From an uncultured Christensenella sp. (lineage in GTDB: Bacteria; Bacillota; Clostridia; Christensenellales; UBA1242), in NCBI GenBank assembly GCA_910584295.1, contig CAJTYR010000004.1, forward strand, positions 41,496-105,495: a stretch of DNA of 64,000 bases. Direction: 5' to 3'. Numbering within the stretch: position 1 is the first letter of the stretch; the number at the start of each line of letters is the position of its first letter. Below are positions 51,301 through 58,900 of this stretch, piece by piece. Under the pieces are notes generated by a model. That model had not been told where the DNA came from. It was given only the letters and a program-made list of their open reading frames with translations, and did no database searches. The position numbers and the translations under genes are program-made.

Positions 51301-52675
51301 TGCTCCAACAGTTTCTTTCGAATTGGGGGACAGCACAACTTATGATGTTAAAGATGAAAATACAGATAAGACTTATGTTGTGAGAGGATTGAATGCTGAC
51401 GGAAAGGCAACAAACTGGACAACAAACAATGAAGAAGCAAAAAATGATGTGTTCAGACCAACAAAAGTTGGAAAATTTGAAATTAAGTATTCAGTTAAAC
51501 TTGAAGCTTACAATCAAAAAGTATTCAGCTATGTTGAAATGAACGCTCCAACTTATGATCCAGATAAAGATGAAACAGTTTATGCTGATGCTGGATATTA
51601 CACACGTAATGGTGTGAGCGGAGTTCAAGTTACATTCGGAAAGAATGGCGAACATCAAATCAAAGATGGAACAAATTATTATGTTGTAAAGAATGTTGAT
51701 GGAGAAATCACTTTCTATAGAGCATCTTCAGATTTTGTTATTGAAGAAAAAATCGCTCAAGCTGATATGTCAAATGTAAGTCTTAAATCAATAGATTTCA
51801 CACAATGGTTCAAAGATCTTAGAGTTTATAATTTAGAATCTGAAACATACACAATCACAGTGAATGATACAAAGGGACCAAAACTTATAAACTATGATTA
51901 CAGTGATCAAGAATTCATGACTGTTGAAGAATTTAAGGCAAAAGGAATCAAGATCTATGGGCTTCAAGCTTCTGATGATATTGATGCAAGCAAGTCTGAA
52001 ATCAGAATCAGCTGGAAACGTGCAAACGGAACAGCTGCTGGTGACACAGGTTCTACAACTTATCAAAAGGCTGATGCATTGAAGGACAACACATTTAAAT
52101 CTTCCGCTTCAAACCTCAATGGTAAATATACAATCACATATGAAGCTTATGATTTCAATGGCAACAAGTCAAATGCAACCTATACAATCAGTGTAGGTGA
52201 CAATGAAGCTCCAACAATCAAATTGCCAGAAAACTTTGTGAAATCAAATTATGGTCTTAAGGACAAACTTGTTATTGACACAAAAGATATCAAGATCTCT
52301 GACAACAATCCTTTGCCACCTGACACTCAACCAAAGATTAAGCTTGTAAACACTTCAAAGAACAATGAAGAAGTGAAATATACAAAACAAGATTACACTG
52401 AAAATGGAAAGACTTATTCAAAATATATCTTCGAATCATTTGAAGATTATGGTGAAGGAAACTACACTTTGACAATCGAAGTTGAAGATGGTGTTGGACA
52501 TGTTACAGTTAATGATGAATGTAAGTTTACAGTTTCATCAAAGACAAAGAGCACCACTGAAACATACAAGGTTGTTGGAACAGTTTTGATCGTTATTTCA
52601 GTGCTTGTTCTTGCTGGAGTAATCATCTACTTCATCGTTTCAAAAGTTAAACTTGACAAAGAGCTTAAGAAATAA
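48311..52675 (+). CDS. large (1,454 aa) surface protein with repeated Ig-like (DUF5011/HYR-like) modules, C-terminal TM anchor
   Basis: AAGGAG SD. Signal peptide ..MAMAFTVLCFPVNELAASA/KT. Module ends of type G.Y.I.Y.A.D..GN......I.V.D...P.I, e.g. GQYYIHYVAKDAAGNETDIYKRLYVRDYEDKKSPDITF (~50305-50420) and GKYTITYEAYDFNGNKSNATYTISVGDNEAPTIKL (~52120-52225). C-terminal VVGTVLIVISVLVLAGVIIYFIV + SKVKLDKELKK. Confidence 0.88.
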   Translation: MKLKRKNRSVLFRGLVLGMAMAFTVLCFPVNELAASAKTLDNFTDYTFMTIGTKKEAVETVVNKGATYVAPKAYIGGDKNRAVGTSISDKDLSADVKLLSSKVTVKYSSEIVGEVVDGTPKEGGAVTVSSDGNAQFKAERVGSYTVTYSYTYTVKGVEYTNSYDMTVTSEITDADINFEDNQKVFLPSILDLKLAEKNGKYKDMYIPMPELLDDKGDEVDTTSEDFEFITERAKLGDKKQQLLIEVSSTANGKVAVSGDAETGFYLAGSVFDENDPENPGTKKAVAGKYTVTYSYYENGNFVASTTKTTQVYAKSDAHYKDYSLRLKLNSDFVDNGQTGVESSLPTASGVTSTSTTPKSEAVDIYYTVSVYYKTSTGSYKLIDADKYNATVKEDEDKIVNEDGTLVNPTKFKPLDDGYYSFVYEAYDYYYDAAAGKGASVNKNHYFKTDLGSNEFKNIKDEKDPTPVVYEATKDGSLDGVDASSKMATRANAESVVIYAIGIDDNVSKAGEEGVVLTRKIMTDETVSKITLSSTDARDLSSYNLIFNYAGKFDSKATEKNYGRIGLKNNNYLIRHRMEKESVADTEEATLAWLLENKYLIVVDNKNAGRLYENFKDSGIFDATVTDEKTAFEWFKSDDAFAKGFAYINCDQTFGSSAAISGGMGVGQYYIHYVAKDAAGNETDIYKRLYVRDYEDKKSPDITFSTTLKDSYMPNSKITFNAPTATDEIDENMTTHVMYRYLTKSGDVLEVVDKKDNVVSKNNLVDLWQHLGTDPDGEGVRDDNNTLLTEKYKAYHTDENDGYVDITDAKASSFTIDLSEVEGAAKLQIVVYTYDDAGNPMLHAQTIDINNIQDEFPPQLLGVSSVGKDFVNKFEQHATIALPKVTVADDAVSYVTSEINVDRIEDGERYSYPVREINVDRENHEGSGKYIVDAGNFVAAESGDYQVSIAVKDANNKTIVVFANYKVDPRAIVQDPVINSTLTSQEVELDDKPEIEIPAPTVSFELGDSTTYDVKDENTDKTYVVRGLNADGKATNWTTNNEEAKNDVFRPTKVGKFEIKYSVKLEAYNQKVFSYVEMNAPTYDPDKDETVYADAGYYTRNGVSGVQVTFGKNGEHQIKDGTNYYVVKNVDGEITFYRASSDFVIEEKIAQADMSNVSLKSIDFTQWFKDLRVYNLESETYTITVNDTKGPKLINYDYSDQEFMTVEEFKAKGIKIYGLQASDDIDASKSEIRISWKRANGTAAGDTGSTTYQKADALKDNTFKSSASNLNGKYTITYEAYDFNGNKSNATYTISVGDNEAPTIKLPENFVKSNYGLKDKLVIDTKDIKISDNNPLPPDTQPKIKLVNTSKNNEEVKYTKQDYTENGKTYSKYIFESFEDYGEGNYTLTIEVEDGVGHVTVNDECKFTVSSKTKSTTETYKVVGTVLIVISVLVLAGVIIYFIVSKVKLDKELKK

Positions 52676-52682
52676 TAAAGAT

Positions 52683-52714
52683 AAAAAAGACTGATATAAT
52701 TCAGTCTTTTTTTT
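52683..52714 (+). terminator. terminator after the 1,454-codon gene
   Basis: AAAAAGACTGA (52684-94), loop TATAAT, TCAGTCTTTTT (52701-11), T-run to 52714. Confidence 0.85.
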
Positions 52715-52860
52715 GTTGAAAAAATGTGTATAAATCATGCAAAATACCTTATATTTGGCTATATTTTGGCTTAAATTTGTGAGCTTGAGTTTTCTTATAA
52801 GGAATTTATAATATGGAAAAATAAGTCATTTAAAGGGATAAAAAATGTGTAATTTTGACA

Positions 52861-52895
52861 AAAATAAAACACACAAAAAATGTGTGTTTTATTTT
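52861..52895 (-). terminator. terminator after the 2,768-codon gene (minus strand)
   Basis: Perfect 15-bp arms AAAATAAAACACACA / TGTGTGTTTTATTTT with an AAAAA loop, 20 nt beyond the stop codon. Confidence 0.85.
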
Positions 52896-52915
52896 AATAC
52901 TAACGAAACAAAAGT

Positions 52916-55900
52916 TTATTTTACAGAGATACGTTTACGCAACTTGATGACTATGAAGAGGATTACAAGTGCAACAATGACAGCGACAACAATGATTATG
53001 ATTGTGGCTGGGTTCATTGGTTCTTGTTTATTTATTTTGTAACTATAAAGCAAATTTCCACTTGGAGATACGATTTGCATATAGAATATTCCATCTTCAG
53101 TTCCTTTGATTGTGACAGATGTTTCACCATCTGTTTGGCTTGTTATTTCGGTTGTGTAATATGTGCCTCTAAATTCTCCCTTCTCGTTGTATTTCAGAAC
53201 CCTGACTGTACATTCTCCCATTTCTGCAAAGATGTTGGTCTTATTGAATTGGATTGTGACTGCTTTTGTGACCTTCTTTCCTTCAGCAATTGAAATTCTG
53301 ACAGGGGCAACGCCAACTTGAATTGTCACTTCAAATGTCCAGCTTGTTGGCACTGCGCTTGTTTTGAAACTTGAGTCATTTGAATTGATTGTGATCAAAT
53401 ATTTGCCAGCTCCAGTCTTTTCGTCAAGGTAGGAGAGTGGAAGTTCTGTCATATATACATCAGTTCCTATTTTAATTGTGCTTACATCAAGCGATTTCAA
53501 AAGTGCTTGAGTGATATCTTTTCCATCTTTTTCAACTTTTTCAATGTAGTAATTTGAATATTTGTTGATAATGTAAGAATATTTGTATTCGTTTGCGCTT
53601 AAAACTGTAAACTGATAAACTTCGCTTCGAATCTTTCCTATATTTGAATCTTTGCTTGTTGCTGTGAAGAACACTTCATAGAAACCTGCTTCTTTAAATA
53701 CAAAGTTTACGCTGCTATTTGCATCTTGAATAATGTTTTTCTGTTCAATTGTTTCATCTGAGAGAGTTGATCCATTTTTCTTTATTGTTATTGCAGGGTA
53801 GCCACCTTGAGAATAGAATTCTGAACGAGTGCTTTTATCGATTGAAAGGGTGACTTGATTGTTGTATACGGCTTGTTTGATAGGCATACTTCGCACTTCT
53901 TCGACTGTGCTTGGGTCAGTTGAAACAACCGTGAATGGCACATCTTTCAAGAATATGAATGTCATTGTGTCGGATTGACCAGTGTTTCCATAGTTGAACT
54001 TTTGAGTGTTCCCAGAAGTGTCAAAGAATGAAATTATATATTTACCAGAGTGTTTGAGGTTGATATAGTTGTATTCTTTGCCACCTTTAATTTTTGAGTA
54101 AATTGTAGGGTTGAGGCTTACACCATCCTTGACAAGTCTGATTGAAATTTCATTTTGTTCCAAGCCATAGTATTTTGTCCATCTCAATTCAATTTTGTCG
54201 ACATTTTGATATTCAGAAGAAACAACAAACATCATTGAGGTCTTTGTAATCAAGTTTTCAGAATCTTCTGTGTTGTTGATGATTCCGTTTGTGTTGCTGT
54301 AGGTGTAGAACTCTTCAACAAAGTTCTCAGATGCAGGAATATATGAAATGACGATGCTTGTACTGAACGCTGGAATATTTCCAAGGTCGCCACTTGTTGT
54401 GTTTGAAATCAACCAAAGTTCTGAAGCGATGCCAGCATTTTCAAATGTCTGCATGAGAGTTGGAACAATTTTTTGTTCTTTATTTGTTTTTATTTGAACG
54501 GCATCTTTATCTGTGTAATAATTGACATTCACGATGTAGTGATTTGAGTATTGGGCGGTTACTTTGCCGGAATTATCTTTCACAGTATAGATTGTGTTGC
54601 TTTTTTCAACAACGGTTGTGGCATTGTTGACTGTTTTTTCAACCCAGAATGTGGATGTGAGTGAAGACAAGTTAAATTCATAAATTTGACTTTCAGGCAC
54701 AATTCCAAAAACATATGCTGTGTTTGAGAGTTCGTTCTCCAAATATGTTTCGTCGTACCAAACTTTAAGATAATAAGTTAACATTTCGGAAGTTTGATTT
54801 TTAAGCACTGTTCCTGATGCGACTTCATTCCAATTTTTCTTGTCAGTGCTGACTGAATATTTCACAGGTATGAAAGTTGTTTTGTTTGAATAAAGAAGCG
54901 TGATTTCTGAGAAATATCCGGTGTCGCTTAAATTCTTGTCAGCAATGATTGTTGATGTGACATTGTTTCTGCTTGCATCCAAAAGTTTGAATTGCCCAGG
55001 CTTGTTGTTTTCTCCTGCAGCAGAAGAATCTGTGGATGAGTTTGGCTTTGGCAATTCGTTGTAAAGCGTGAAGTAGATTGGGTCAAGTTGATTGTTCGGA
55101 TTTGCAAAGTCTGCAATTTCAATAACAAAACTGTTGTTGTAAGAAACATTTGAATCTTTTGCCTTTGCTGTCAAAAGCATGATTCCATCAGCATTTGGCT
55201 CTTTTGTCAGATTTGCGTTGCTGCAAGTGGTTTGCTTCACACCATCAATAACATCATAAACATTCACAACATATTTGCCAGGGTTATAGAAATATTCAAA
55301 ACCGTCTTTTGTGATATAGTATCTTTGTCCATTGTTGTTGTACGCATACAAATCATTTTCAGAGGAGATTGTTGTTGGAATTGCTGTTTCTTTGTAAAGG
55401 TGAAGTTCACTTGTGGTCTTTCCATAGTTGTCTGTATATTCGTAGATAATTCTGGTGTTTGGAGCGTACCCAAGTGCAGGGTTAAGTTCAAACACAAGAT
55501 ATCTTGAAGTTGTTGAAACAGTCACATTTGCAGTTGATTTGTTTTTCCAGATTGTTGAAAGCCCAAGTCTGTTTGTTGCATTGAAAATTTCAACATCATC
55601 CGCAGTTATTCGCAATCCTGTCACATAATTTTGTGGGGTGAGGTTGCTTCGAAGAGCGTCATCTGTTGGTTGTTCAAAATCAATGTGTTCTCTGGTTTTT
55701 GAGTCTTTTGGAACTTCTGGAGGATTCAACATCTTTGTGTTAACCGTGAACAAAATCTCATCATTTGCTTGACTTTCACGATTAAAGAAAGTGAAGCTGT
55801 TTTTAAGATTAATGCTCATAGAAGTGTCGATAAGGTTAGTTATTTCAATTCTTTCTGCATTTCCACCAATGAAAGCATAAGCATGGGTTGGATCCCAAGG

Positions 55901-58900
55901 AGTGAGCATGAGATATCTTGTTGTTCTTATGCCTGTCCTGCTGTATGTGTCAAGTTTGAATTGAGCCCAAACATCTCCAAAATAGTTGATGCTTTGGAGT
56001 TGTGAGTTTGGTCTTGTATAGATGTTGTGTGGGAATTTCTCATTTGCAGATTCATTGAAATCTGAAATGCTGTAGGATTTGAGAACTTTGTTTTCATCAT
56101 AATATGAAATTATTCTGTTTTTCTCATCCTCCTTTGATGTTTCATAAGAAATGATGTAAATTGTGTAGATTGACATATTTCCAGCCCTGTCTGTTTCAAT
56201 GACTTGATAATATGAATCAGTGTCAAAACCTTTAAACGACCTGTCGGTTATGTCAGTGAAATTTGATGCATGGAAATTGTCAGGCGATGTTTCTTGTTCA
56301 TAATTGTTGTTGTATTTTGTGCATTCTCCACTTGAATTTACAAATTTGTTGATGTAAGTTTTGAAATCAACGCTTCGCTTCAAGGTTTCAGCAAAGTCAG
56401 AAGTTACAGCATAAGAATAGTATGCAAAATTTCCAGTTGTGTTGCTTGTGTTGAAACTTGTGTTGTTTTCGTTTGTTGTAATGTTTCCAAGTGCGGTTTT
56501 ATGAACACGGAGTGAACTTTCGGATAACGCTGAGATGAAGCCCTTGTCAGTTGACATTGACACAAGATTGTTGATGTTTGTGTTTGGTGCTGAAAGGTCA
56601 ACCATGATGCGTTTTGTTACTTTTTTATAGAAATCATCATTGTGGTTTTTATATTGCATCGTGATGTCAACATAAGAACCATTTTCATAGATTTTCAAAA
56701 GTTCAAGGTTGAGTGAAGCTGTGTACATGTTGTTTGAAAGCGTTGGTTCTTGAGCCCAAATGTCATCAGATGCTTTGAAAGGTGAGCCAGGGCGTTTGTT
56801 TGTTACAAGTGTGATTTCGTCAATATCAATGTCTGCGATGTATTCTGAGCCGGCTTCCCATGTGAGGTTGATGATTGGTTGGTTTGTATAATAAGTTTCC
56901 CTTGAGTTTACAACTTGACTGTTGAGAGTGTCACCAGTTGTTGATTGTGCTTCAAAGTTCGGATTTGTTTGTCTTACTTCAAAGCAGAATGTCAATGCTT
57001 GAGTAAAGTTATCTTCTCCAATACCTGTTCCAAAGTTTCCTTGGTAGATCTTGACATAATATGTTCCAGCTTGTGTCAAACGTTCCAGTTTTTGTCCATT
57101 GTCAAGATAGAAGTTTAAGAAGCCATTCTCATTTGCAATCACAGCACTCAAATTTCCAGATTTATTTATTGCTGTTCTTGCATAAGGGGTTGCTCCGTTT
57201 GCGTTTATCTTATCCAGGCTTTCGTTGCGATATATTTCCGCATAGAGGGCATATTCCTTGACCAAAAGTTTTTCTTTAAAGAAGTTCATTGTGTCTTTGC
57301 CATCTTCGGAGAAGTCATAGCTTACATTGAAGTCATAGCCTGTTGATGTCTTATACATTTGTGATGATGTTGTGTATTTATATTGAGGCACATAGACATA
57401 AACAGGAAGCATGTTTGTTGTGAGGATTGTTCTTGGATTTGCATTGTTATATATTGAAGAACCTGTTGAGTTTGCTTCTGGACTGTTTGGGAATGTCACA
57501 ACTAAACTTGCGTTTTGCTTGTTGTCATACATTGAAACAAATGCATCTCCGCCAACAAGGCTTTCAAGATGATTTCCGTTTTCATCGCTGACCAGTTCTG
57601 GGTTGCTGACAACTTCGTTTCGGTCAATTGTGAGGATGAATGTCCTTTGATAGAAATCATTTTTGTTGTAATAATCTTTTGAAGTGTCCGCCTCATCCAC
57701 ATAATATGTTCTGGTGATCTCATATCTTCCAGCAGTCGTGAAGTTGTCAGAATTAAGTCTGATTGATTCTTCTCGAAGTGCGGTCGAAGAATTGTCGCCA
57801 TTATATTCATAAATTGTGGTAGTTGTGTATGAGTCGGAGAGTTCATAATAGTGATATATTGTGCTTTTTGTTACATTGTTGTTTTCATCCCATTCAACAG
57901 GCACACTCTTTGTGTTTCGTTGATAAGGATAATAATTTATTGTTACGCTTCCAACTTGGATTGTGATGTCTCCATCCATAACTGTTGGGTAGAATGAAAG
58001 TATAAATTCTTTGTTAAGTCTGGTTGGGTTGAGATAAGTTGTTTTTGTCCTTTTTGTTTCATCGCCATTCAAAGTCCCTTCTTCCACATTGTTTGATGTA
58101 AGGGTGACATTGTTTCCGTCGGACGATTCATATGAAATCAAAAATTCTGAAGAGTCGAAACTGATTATGATCGTCTGGGATGCACTGTAATAGTTTTTAT
58201 ATTGAACAACAGAGTCTTTGTTGTATGCTGCATTGTATTTTGTGTTTGATGCGTCTCTGATAAGAACGCTGTATGTCAGTTCTGTAGACATGTCAAAACT
58301 TTTACTATATACATCTCGTTGAGCGGTGTAATCGTCATGCTCTCTGTCAAGGAAATATGACAAAGAGTCTACAGGAATTGTCAAATACATTCCAGTATAG
58401 TCTTTCACATCCGTTCTGCAAACCAATTGCTTCATATAATTGTTTCCAATCAGTTTTTTGTATAATGCGTCATAGATTTCTTTTGAAACTTTGTTGTCAT
58501 ATGATAAGAACATTTTATCGCTGAGAGCGCTTTCACTTATTGTGTCTGGTGTGTAATCTAAGAAAGCGTTTTGTGATGTGAAATTTTCAATGAAAATGCC
58601 TTTGTATTTTGCCCAGAACAATGTTGATGCCTTTGAGATGTAAACTGAAGATGTCACAATCTTATAACTATCTTCCAAGATTGCAAAGATAGGGGTTGTG
58701 TAGTCAATTAAGTATACATCAACGGAATGGTTCCCTGCTTCGTCATATACATCAACTACATAAAGACCTGCTTCTGTAAACACATATTCTGAAGAAACCA
58801 TTCCTTCAGAAACAAGATTTTTTGCATTGCCTTTATATTTAAGCCAGAGACTTTCAGTTGTTGACATGTTGAGAAATGCATTGACTGGCAAATAGGAAGC

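Noticed and set aside
52845-53042. 65-codon plus-strand ORF spanning the terminator and 3' end of the 2,768-codon gene.
   Set aside because: It starts inside the convergent terminator region and runs antisense into the giant gene. It has no SD.
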